Shown here: piece by piece, positions 26,301 through 32,000 of the stretch
How positions within the stretch are numbered: the first letter of the stretch is position 1
How the letters are laid out: every line of letters begins with the position of its first letter
DNA from: Telmatocola sphagniphila
GTDB taxonomy: Bacteria; Planctomycetota; Planctomycetia; Gemmatales; Gemmataceae
Assembly (NCBI RefSeq): GCF_018398935.1
Contig: NZ_CP074694.1
Span: 1,260,001 to 1,292,000 of the forward strand
Direction of reading: 5' to 3'
DNA length: 32,000 nt
Translations under genes and position numbers: made by a program
Notes under the pieces: model-generated
Databases searched by the model: none
What the model saw: the letters and a program-made list of their open reading frames with translations, nothing else
What the model was told of the DNA's origin: nothing

Positions 26301-26857
26301 GCATAAAGGGACGACGCACACGCGGCATCCAGCGTGAACCCGCCCAGGCCGAGATTCAAGGCTCGAGCGGCCAGCATGGCCGGTAAACCCGTTACTTGTC
26401 GATTCAAGGGGTGGGATCCCGCAGTACTGCCGCCCTGCAGACACTCTTCGGCCCATTTCGAGATTTTATCGGTGGGCAGCGCAATGGAGCCCAGGATTAT
26501 TCCCGTGCGACTCTTATCGAAATTCTGAACCCGAGCATCGTAGAAAGCTCGTCGGCAGATTTCGAGAGCGATTTGATGTTTGACATCGAGTTGACTGACG
26601 AGTTGGCGATCGATGGATAGGCCGTCGAATTGTACTTCGAAAGGATCCAGGAAGCAGGCGTGGGACGAATAGATCTTGTCTTTCGCAGCCGTGCGAGTGT
26701 CCATGACTTGATCGATAGGCAGCGACCAACGTCCCAGCGGGGGATTCCTCGCCTGATCCCTACCGGTCAATATTTGCTGCCAGAATGTTTCCAGATCGGA
26801 AGAACCAGGGAAAAGTCCCCCAACACCGACAATCGCGACAGGTTCAAAAACGTTCAT
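20384..26857 (-). CDS. pfaC: PUFA/polyketide synthase subunit, PfaC-like with embedded AT: KS-CLF-AT-(pseudoDH-FabA DH)x2
   Basis: 2157 aa. KS has DAAC(180)ASS, CHATGT and SNVGH. The second KS-like domain has Ala in place of the active Cys (TLSEEANSGG), making it a chain-length factor. AT has GYS(1000)LGE. The two FabA-type motifs are CH(1677)FVDDQVMPG and AH(2058)FHQDPVWPG. Confidence 0.9.
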   Translation of the reverse strand: MNVFEPVAIVGVGGLFPGSSDLETFWQQILTGRDQARNPPLGRWSLPIDQVMDTRTAAKDKIYSSHACFLDPFEVQFDGLSIDRQLVSQLDVKHQIALEICRRAFYDARVQNFDKSRTGIILGSIALPTDKISKWAEECLQGGSTAGSHPLNRQVTGLPAMLAARALNLGLGGFTLDAACASSLYAIKLACDQLQNGSADAMIAGGLSRPDSLYTQMGFAQLRALSKSGRCSPFDYKSDGLIVGEGGGAFLLKLLRNVDPRDHVYGVIRGVSLSNDISGNLLAPASEGQLRAMRPAYEMARWSPNSVDLIECHATGTPVGDAVEFESLCELWKGQEFQPGQAVIGSVKSNVGHLLTGANSAGLMKALLALHSAKLPPTANFEKSNPNLKSGSPFQVLTEARNWNEPAAGHPRRAAISGFGFGGVNAHLLVEEYRPDKKLVSVDQVPPTKREPIAIVGLAAQIGETDCMRRIARHLLGFESIPSTIKEKHAGYWLEKIDFPVDRFRIPPTELQETLPQQIVLLLTADAALKNYSKSEAFKRIPDPRFGTFIGVNLDLNTTNFHLRWQALSLGHPNPDSISPDLTANRTMGALASIAASRVARAFEFGGPCFTLSEEANSGGRALQLAVEALLRGEIDRALVGSVDLPGDFRALAAIGTSSPIVSGSVAFVLKRLSDAHRDGDTIYATIDEIGISQATSLQSNLRLDYNLGIPKNRDDLSQAVSNKQSLHPKSDEGVNTTLFGVLTGVLSLYYKLLPATFSPSEQPTYWLHDTCDGIRELNVYTGGEQLATSKIVLREAATGKGTLDELKEYPIVLAADRLEELTKSIHSLQAKLFALPSLAEVFKEQISLLNTHTSSLFRLALCASSVEELKSQLEFIQRAFSNDSVPNSPQAAALYKDNVFFNSDPIGFQGKVAFVYPGSGNQFDGMGADFGTLFPEILHQQHLENRTLRHQFAADAVWQGHCNQASERDLIFAQVSLGALNTSVIESLGIKPEIVLGYSLGESASLFSTRVWTDRDEMFERMRVSTLFTSDLAPPYNSARRFWNIPLEQEFVWETWVVNLPHDKVRQAILPDERVYICIINTPEQSVIGGVASDVAKLLHRLKVTALPVTGVTTAHCEVTRPIEEPYWTLHHLPVHPRENCQYYSTAWGQAYEVSSESAADTITAGVLNTLDFPRVIERAYEDGARIFIEIGPGNSCTRMIASILGERPHLARAICHPRRDNRISLVRTLAAMFVDGVEINWNVLAAKIIPPKLNRTKKMLSLPGEFKKPKAFPTATQVHPAKQNFSTPKSEVSVAQPRPASPRLEHPAHVPLPSFQETTNYVGRQIQVLQESVRAHDHFLKISNATFQNMTRLLEFQTSLLGSGSFQLSEQTFYDASSLSETLSDKVPRSLNFAQCTEFAVGRIGNVLGSRYSEIDSYPTRVRLPEGPLMLVDRILEIEGEPLSLTNGRVVTEHDVYEGRWYLDSNRIPTCVAVEAGQADLFLSGFLGIDFKTKGLAVYRLLDAVVTFHRALPGIGETIHYDIAIDRFFRQGETYLFRFRFVGSVNGEILLTMTEGCAGFFTIAELEAGKGIIHTELDRRPQTGKIPAQPYIFVPLTTGSLPADKIDSLRRGQLAEAFGSPFDKANLRRPSALPGGQLKLVDRIISIEPTGGRFGLGCIRGEMDIHPDDWFITCHFVDDQVMPGTLMYECCLHTLRVLLMRMGWVGEEGEVVCEPVPGVASRLKCRGQVLASTKVVLYEVTLKEVGYRPEPYVLCDALMYADGKPIVEITNMSLRMSGSSYEKLVAIWNSGSDRSSPKIALFDADSITAFAIGKPSEAFGKPYEVFDSERIIARLPGPPYQFLDRITEIQNCEPWKLKAGGIIEAEYDVPRDAWYFLENRCDRMPFSVLLEVALQPCGWLAAYLGSALTSPIDLSFRNLGGSGIQHAEIHPDTGTLTTRVKISKVSQSAGMIIQNYEYQMTASGTLIYSGDTYFGFFTKEALKNQLGMPAAGWYRPKGSEVSEWQGRLPLDPPYPGSMLRMIDEICFFSGKDGPYGLGFVEGRIAVDPEFWFFKAHFHQDPVWPGSLGLEAFLQLLKFFAAKILGEPRTKSWQAMALHQKHQWTYRGQVLPEHGTVTVQVHPRKVDSENRLIWADGYLMIDGRIIYEMKDFSVQE
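20387..22675 (-). other. Tandem dehydratase/isomerase region: two pseudo-DH plus FabA-like DH pairs
   Basis: Residues ~1395-2157. The catalytic His codons are at 21827-21829 and 20684-20686, each in an HFxxxPVxPG-type motif. Confidence 0.8.
23123..24124 (-). other. Acyltransferase domain (PfaB-like, embedded)
   Basis: Residues ~912-1245. FVYPGSGNQ start, GYSLGE nucleophile (Ser codon at 23858-23860), and a later TAHC motif. Confidence 0.8.
24458..25507 (-). other. Chain-length-factor (inactive KS-like) domain
   Basis: Residues ~451-800. It aligns to the KS but has Ala617 at the catalytic Cys position. The C-terminal boundary is approximate. Confidence 0.7.
25559..26848 (-). other. Ketosynthase domain of the PfaC-like protein
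   Basis: Residues ~4-433. The Cys180 codon is at 26318-26320. The His-His pair is present. Confidence 0.85.
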
Positions 26858-26859
26858 TC

Positions 26860-29800
26860 CTACCCCACGGTCGCCGGGACGATCCGATTCTTGCGAAACT
26901 TCTCTTTAAGACTTCGATCGAGTATGCATTCATAATCCTGCATCCGCGCCAGGAGCAGACCGTCCAGATCCATGAAATCGATATCCGCCCGGCAGACGCT
27001 GGCATTGCCGCGCGTGATTCGAATCGATATCAGCATTCGCCCGGTGGGGAACGCTTTGGTGTATTGGCGGTATCGGCCCGCGAAGCAGGGCAGTGAAGGG
27101 GCGTCGAACTGATCGATGGTCCAGAGGATCATCATCTGGAACGCACTATCGATGACCAGGGGATCGAGAATCCAATTCGGTCGAACGGGATTCGTCATCC
27201 AATTCCCGGGGGGCGGCGCTGTATGGCAGGTTCCCAACATAGCGTTCTGGCTGATACCTTCTATCGATTCCAGGCCCGCAAGTTCTTCGCCGTGAAAAAG
27301 CAGATCGATATAGGCTTGATCGATAGGACGTCCGTACTTCGAAAGATTTCGGGGCAAAAGCGGCATATCGGGACTTTGATATTTTTCCGACAACACGACT
27401 TCGCATTTATTATGGATGACATCCTTACCTTCTCTCGCTCCATGCGTCTCAACGGGAATGATGGTAAGCTGGTCACGATTGATTGGTTTGCCTACGTAAA
27501 ATCGCAAATGAACAGGCTGATTCTCTTCCAGTTGAACCCCGTGTGTGATCCGGAAGTCATTAAAACCAAAAAACTGAAGCTGAGGGAATTGTAACAGGAC
27601 GGCATGCGCCACCCATTCCATATGCAAAACCATCGGAATAACCGATCGGCCATTGATGACGTGACTTTTTAAAATCCGATGGTCTGCAATCATCACACGA
27701 TGTTCGAACGCCAGGGTCATACCATTGGGCATGACGGGAAGTCGAATTTCAGGACTGCTAGGCAGCTTGAAGGAACCGGACGATTTGGTTGTGGTCGGGA
27801 CCTGGGGATTTGGAATGACGCGATCCAGGTCAGCGAGCAAGTCGTCATTTTTTCCGAGTTTAAATTCCGGTGATGATTTCACGGGAATCGAAGGAGTTTC
27901 CGGGGGCGTCTTCAGCATCGGAGTGGTAACGAGCCGGGGCAGAACGCCCGAGGATTTCTTGGCGGCTTTTATTGGGGTTGGATTCACATCCACCGGAGGA
28001 ACGGCATTCGGCAACGGAGGAAGATTAGGAAACACCGGAGCAGGCGTTACTACGGATTTAGGAGCTTCTTCCAACGGGGGCGCAAAACTGGTTCCAGACT
28101 TAGCCGCAGGCGATTGCGCGCTCCGCGCGATGGCGACAACTTCTACCGCTCGATCCGAAGCGCGGAGTTCGTCGAGCATGAACTTCGCACCGGCAGCAGG
28201 AGGAATTAGTCCCACTCCTTCCTCCTGGAAAATTCTTGCTAGCCCGGGAGTAACCATACCGCCATCCCAGGGACCCCAGTTTATGGCGACGACTCGTGTG
28301 TTCGGCCGGCTATGGGCTATCTGCTGGGCATATTTATTCAGAACTTCATTGGCGGCTGCATAAGCGAGTTGCCCCCGACGACCAAAGCGACCCGTGGAGG
28401 AGGAGAAGAACACGATCGCTTTTAAGGGATCGTACTTCAAAATGTTCCAGATGTTCCGGAAACCCAATGCTTTGGTGTCGAAGACGAAGTTGAATTGATC
28501 GTCGGACAACTCCGCAATCAGCTTGTCGCTAATCACACCAGCGCCATGGATTAGACCGGTGATTGGACCATGTTCTTTTCGAATAGCGTCGAGACGGCTC
28601 TCCAGATCGGACTGAGAGCGAATATCCACCGATCGATAGAGCACTTGAGAGCCAGCGGCCTGGATTTTTTTCAGCGTCTTTTGAATCTCGCGACTTGCCT
28701 GGATCTGCTGAAACTGCTTGCTGATCTCCCGAAGCGGCGCATTGTGGGGAAGTCGCGCGGCAATAGCCGCTTTAAGTTGTGACTCATCTTTGAGAGGAAG
28801 AGACCAATCGGGTTCGTTCGGTTCCGGACTCCGGCCCAATAGCACAATTTTTGCCCGGGTCGCTTCAGCCAGTTGCACTGCTGTTTCAGCGGTTACACCT
28901 CTGCCGCCTCCCGTAATTACAATGGTGTCGCTCTGCTGAAAAGGTAAGTCGCCATGTGGGATCGCCCTTTGATTAATAAGGCGTAAAGCGACTTTGCCTT
29001 GCGGAGAAACCCCCAGTTCCGCCGGTCCGGATGTGAAGCATTCTTCGGCAAGGACGGTGGCGAGATTCTTCAGGGAAGGATCGAAATCGATGGATTTGCA
29101 ATCTACCGTGGGCCATTCAAAAGCGGCCGTCTTTGCCAAGCCAGAGAAGGAACCGGAGAGTACGTCCCGGTTTGGATCGATAGTTTTCAAACCGAAAAAG
29201 CCATCCATCCGGGTGACCGTAACCAGAAAGGCGGCCCCATGCCGTGCCGTTTCCTGAAGCCCTCGGCTGGCGTGTTTAATCCAACGGAATGCTTTGGTAG
29301 GAAGATCGTCGGGGACTTTATTTTCAGGGGCGATAAGGATGAGACCGCCCACGTTATAGGGGTCGTATGCAAACGGAGAATCATTCCAGGCTATGAAGGC
29401 CGTTTTCGAGCCGAGGGCATCGATCTGCTGAACGAGTTTAGCCGTTGTGCTGGAAGGCTCGGAAATCAACCAGACAACAGCACCTTTGGGAAGATGAAAC
29501 TTCCTTCGCTCCGCACTGGGGTCCAGGAATTCGTATGTCAGGACGCTACGGTCTATTACATCGACATTCGAATTCGCGTTATTCGTCCCGAAAAGAGTCT
29601 GGGCCGGGAAAGTAAATTTCGACGGTTCGAAGGAAGGGAGTCCAATCAGGAGCGATGGATTGGTCTCCATAGTCACCAGCGGCGGGCTTTTCTGAAAAAG
29701 ATCCACTGAGGCCGGCTCCTGTTCGGGAGTCACGATGATCTCGGCCTGGGAAATCTCCGAATCGTTCGAAACCTCGGGTTTAGAGGGATCCTTGGGAGCG

Positions 29801-32000
29801 AAAAAATCCTTCGGAAGTGCGGTCTCAACCGGCAGAACTTCGGCGAAGGGCAGCTCCGATTCGGGCGGGAGATCAAGTATAGTTTTGCTTTTGACAGGTA
29901 CATGAATGGATCCCTTGCTCGGAGGTTTGGGAAAATTTCCGAACATGGACTGGTTGACATCCAGTTCCTGCATGCTGGGCATATTCATCGAAATTTCGCC
30001 TAGGCTTGGCAACGATTTTGATGAAGGTGGTAATTCGGGTGAAGACTTAATTGGCAGATGTCGATCGACGAGCGCCAAAAAGTTATCCTCATCCTCCTCC
30101 GGTTTCGTATCGGAGTTAATGTCCGGGACGATTGGATTAGGTACGATTGAGTCCGAGATGGCCGTCTCCCGACGGCCTGGCCCTTTTCCCGAGGTGAGAA
30201 ATCCTGCTATGTCATTTAGCGTATGCAAGGTTCCTAACTGTTCCGGCTTTACAGCGGGGGAATCTGGAAGCTTATCCTGGATGGCAGAGAGAATTTCAAC
30301 CCGTTTAATCGAATCGATCCCCAGATCGGTATCGAGCGACATCTCCCAACCCAGCATTTCTGCCGGGTACCCCGTTTTCTCGGCGACAATATCGAGAAGG
30401 GTTTGCCGCACTCCAGCGTCATCCTGTTTCGGAGCGGTGGACGTTAAAGGGGGCGCGGAGGGAGTTTCTACCGCCGGCGTGACCTTCTCTGTTCCTTTTA
30501 CGGCACCAGTTGAACTTCCCCCGGAGGAACCGGAATCGAGGAAGCTGGCAATGTCGTTTAACGTTTGCAACGAGCCCAGGTGCTCGGGCTTCACAGCCGG
30601 AGCTTCGGGCAATTTTTCCTGAATGGCAGAGAGAATCTCGACACGCTTGATGGAGTCGATACCCAAATCGGCATCCAACGACATGTCCAGGCCGAGCATC
30701 TCAACGGGGTACCCCGTTTTCTCGGCAACGATCGCGAGCAGTGTGTCGCGAACTTTCGAGAACCCGGTCGTCTTAGAACTGAGATCATGTTTAACGGGTG
30801 CGTGTTGAGTCAGCGCGGCGGGAACAGATGTAGAACTCGAGGTCGGAGCAACTACAGGAGAAGTCTGGTTGGCTGCACTGGGCTTTGGGGGTACCCAGGA
30901 GTTATTGATTTGAACCGGTCCGGTCGGCTGGGGCTTCACCTCGGGAGGTGCTACTGGCATAGTAGGATGCACGACCGGAGCAGGAGGAATCGAAGGAGCG
31001 GATATCGGAGCCGAACGGGCGACAATTGGTCCACCGCCCGTTAAACCCGCACTCAACAGTTGATTCTGCTGCTCCACCAGGGCCTGCAGAGTTCGCTGCG
31101 CCGCTTCCTGATGTTCGAGAAATTGCCGATGCAATCTGGCCGTATCTTCCTGCAATTGCTGGAAGGAGGCAAGGCTTTGCTGCGTCATCCGCAAAGCCTC
31201 CGTGATCTGGGACGATGGCGAAGCAGAGGAGTCACGCTTCGGATCGGTAGGAGTGTTCACAGTGCTACCCGATTTATGGGATTCAAGGAGAAAGTTCGCT
31301 GGTGTCGACTGTTGACTGGGCAAGTAATGCTTCGGGGGCGGGCTCTGGTTTTTTCGCTGAGGCTTAATGTAGTTCGCACCACATATTGCAATTGTTAGGA
31401 CAGGCTTGGCGGGAGTTGGAGATTTCGGCTCGGGAATTCGACCCCAATGCTTCAAATTACCCTCAAATCCTAAAGCCGCGAGCTGACCCAGCAGAGTTGC
31501 CAGTTCGTGAATCTCCGATCCCTTGCCGCCAGAAGAATCGATGCAAAGCAGGGAGTAATCTTTACCCCGATTTCCACTCGATAAGATCGAGTCGGTCAAT
31601 CGGGTCAGAACGGAACCCGGCCCGACTTCCACAAAGCAGCGAACTCCCTCGGAATACATCTTTTCGATGAGTTCGACGAAGCGAACACCCGTGGCCAACT
31701 GATTCGCGAGTTGATCGGCGATTAATTCCGGCTCGGAAGGATAGCTGTCCGCAGTGGCGTTCGCGAAAACGGGGAACCTGGGAGTTTTCAAAGATTTTTG
31801 AGTGATAGTCTCGCGGAACGGGATCGCCGCCGAGGCCACGAGCGAGCTATGGAAAGCTGCACCCACGGGGAGTCGACTGAAGCGAGTATTCTGACGCTTC
31901 AAGAACGACTCAAATTCTTCGATGTCTTTTTCCCGGCCGGAAACGACAACCTGGCTTGGGGCATTATGGTTGGCAATGACGAGTGGTGAATTCGCCTGTT
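26860..32000 (-). CDS. pfaA: PUFA/polyketide synthase subunit, PfaA-like, 5'-truncated by the window edge: ...MAT-ACP-ACP-KR-DH(PS type)
   Basis: The frame stays open past the track start (TTG 31902) to base 32000; I translated ...IANHNAPSQVVVSGREKDIEEFESFLKRQ..., a typical MAT segment. GAAFHS lies downstream. Two ACPs carry LGIDSIKRVEILS. KR has ITGGGRGVT and YAAAN. The PS-DH motif is H(1414)VINGRSVIP. TAG at 26860-26862 lies 2 nt from the pfaC-like ATG. Confidence 0.9.
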   Translation of the reverse strand, partial: QANSPLVIANHNAPSQVVVSGREKDIEEFESFLKRQNTRFSRLPVGAAFHSSLVASAAIPFRETITQKSLKTPRFPVFANATADSYPSEPELIADQLANQLATGVRFVELIEKMYSEGVRCFVEVGPGSVLTRLTDSILSSGNRGKDYSLLCIDSSGGKGSEIHELATLLGQLAALGFEGNLKHWGRIPEPKSPTPAKPVLTIAICGANYIKPQRKNQSPPPKHYLPSQQSTPANFLLESHKSGSTVNTPTDPKRDSSASPSSQITEALRMTQQSLASFQQLQEDTARLHRQFLEHQEAAQRTLQALVEQQNQLLSAGLTGGGPIVARSAPISAPSIPPAPVVHPTMPVAPPEVKPQPTGPVQINNSWVPPKPSAANQTSPVVAPTSSSTSVPAALTQHAPVKHDLSSKTTGFSKVRDTLLAIVAEKTGYPVEMLGLDMSLDADLGIDSIKRVEILSAIQEKLPEAPAVKPEHLGSLQTLNDIASFLDSGSSGGSSTGAVKGTEKVTPAVETPSAPPLTSTAPKQDDAGVRQTLLDIVAEKTGYPAEMLGWEMSLDTDLGIDSIKRVEILSAIQDKLPDSPAVKPEQLGTLHTLNDIAGFLTSGKGPGRRETAISDSIVPNPIVPDINSDTKPEEDEDNFLALVDRHLPIKSSPELPPSSKSLPSLGEISMNMPSMQELDVNQSMFGNFPKPPSKGSIHVPVKSKTILDLPPESELPFAEVLPVETALPKDFFAPKDPSKPEVSNDSEISQAEIIVTPEQEPASVDLFQKSPPLVTMETNPSLLIGLPSFEPSKFTFPAQTLFGTNNANSNVDVIDRSVLTYEFLDPSAERRKFHLPKGAVVWLISEPSSTTAKLVQQIDALGSKTAFIAWNDSPFAYDPYNVGGLILIAPENKVPDDLPTKAFRWIKHASRGLQETARHGAAFLVTVTRMDGFFGLKTIDPNRDVLSGSFSGLAKTAAFEWPTVDCKSIDFDPSLKNLATVLAEECFTSGPAELGVSPQGKVALRLINQRAIPHGDLPFQQSDTIVITGGGRGVTAETAVQLAEATRAKIVLLGRSPEPNEPDWSLPLKDESQLKAAIAARLPHNAPLREISKQFQQIQASREIQKTLKKIQAAGSQVLYRSVDIRSQSDLESRLDAIRKEHGPITGLIHGAGVISDKLIAELSDDQFNFVFDTKALGFRNIWNILKYDPLKAIVFFSSSTGRFGRRGQLAYAAANEVLNKYAQQIAHSRPNTRVVAINWGPWDGGMVTPGLARIFQEEGVGLIPPAAGAKFMLDELRASDRAVEVVAIARSAQSPAAKSGTSFAPPLEEAPKSVVTPAPVFPNLPPLPNAVPPVDVNPTPIKAAKKSSGVLPRLVTTPMLKTPPETPSIPVKSSPEFKLGKNDDLLADLDRVIPNPQVPTTTKSSGSFKLPSSPEIRLPVMPNGMTLAFEHRVMIADHRILKSHVINGRSVIPMVLHMEWVAHAVLLQFPQLQFFGFNDFRITHGVQLEENQPVHLRFYVGKPINRDQLTIIPVETHGAREGKDVIHNKCEVVLSEKYQSPDMPLLPRNLSKYGRPIDQAYIDLLFHGEELAGLESIEGISQNAMLGTCHTAPPPGNWMTNPVRPNWILDPLVIDSAFQMMILWTIDQFDAPSLPCFAGRYRQYTKAFPTGRMLISIRITRGNASVCRADIDFMDLDGLLLARMQDYECILDRSLKEKFRKNRIVPATVG
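26863..27735 (-). other. Polyketide-synthase-type dehydratase domain
   Basis: HxxxGxxxxP motif with the His codon at 27661-27663, and a later DSAFQ motif. This is the C-terminal ~290 aa. Confidence 0.75.
28123..29565 (-). other. Ketoreductase domain (structural plus catalytic subdomains)
   Basis: Rossmann motif TGGGRGVT (Thr codon at 28912-28914), then SSSTGRFG...LAYAAANEVL. The N-terminal boundary is approximate. Confidence 0.8.
30196..30753 (-). repeat. Two tandem acyl carrier protein domains (342-nt period)
   Basis: ACP1 is at 30538-30753 (Ser codon 30652-30654). ACP2 is at 30196-30411 (Ser codon 30310-30312). Both contain EKTGYPxEMLGxxMSLDxDLGIDSIKRVEILSAIQxKLP. They share exact nucleotide runs such as GGTACCCCGTTTTCTCGGC. 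Confidence 0.9.
31453..32000 (-). other. Malonyl-CoA:ACP acyltransferase domain, C-terminal part
   Basis: NHNAPSQVVVSG and VGAAFHS motifs. The N-terminal part and the KS presumably lie beyond the window. Confidence 0.75.

Noticed and set aside
27725-31044. Several 150-240-aa plus-strand ORFs (27725-28363, 28999-29709, 29906-30622, 30565-31044)
   Set aside because: All are antisense to the PfaA-like gene, which has clear domain motifs throughout. The compositions are Gly/Ser/Arg-rich and look like shadow ORFs.
1-32000. Scan for CRISPR arrays, tRNA/rRNA genes, IS elements, integrases, toxin-antitoxin pairs or defence-system signatures
   Set aside because: I saw no regularly spaced direct repeats, no tRNA-like cloverleaf regions in the intergenic spacers, and no transposase, integrase or nuclease motifs in any ORF. 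The window looks like core chromosome plus a lipid biosynthetic cluster.

Overview
By eye this is a chromosomal segment with about 22 protein-coding genes. I found no rRNA, tRNA, CRISPR array, transposase or integrase. Gene content and protein style suggest a Planctomycetota-type genome: scattered single biosynthetic genes, long Pro/Ser/Lys-rich linkers, and a pfa plus ole gene set. That taxonomic call is inference, not proven. Left part (1-15.6 kb): housekeeping genes trpC, lpxB and hisF; a CPBP-family membrane protease; a secreted beta-barrel-like protein; a PQQ-like beta-propeller protein; an LpqC/PHB-depolymerase-family esterase; a DtxR/MntR-family metalloregulator with Mn-type ligand residues; and several orphan proteins. 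It also holds a same-strand block, hisF - pilT - gspE/pilB-like - cvpA-like, in which the GspE-family ATPase carries an unusual N-terminal three-helix membrane anchor and no platform gene is nearby. Right part (15.6-32 kb, all minus strand) is the standout. A 5'-truncated PfaA-like PUFA synthase subunit (MAT-ACP-ACP-KR-DH) is followed by a 2157-aa PfaC-like subunit (KS-CLF-AT-[pseudoDH-FabA DH]x2) and then oleA-oleB-oleC-oleD. All junctions are 45 nt or less, or overlapping. This predicts a translationally coupled assembly line for a polyunsaturated head-to-head hydrocarbon. No enoyl reductase, phosphopantetheinyl transferase or thioesterase lies inside the window. Smaller observations: a 49-codon ORF missing from the ORF track, with a strong SD and a good intrinsic terminator; a near-consensus sigma70-type promoter upstream of hisF; perfect TATAAT boxes upstream of lpxB and the propeller gene; a candidate operator upstream of the metalloregulator; and in-frame tandem repeats (two ACP domains; a 3 x 36 nt Lys/Asp/Glu-rich tail).
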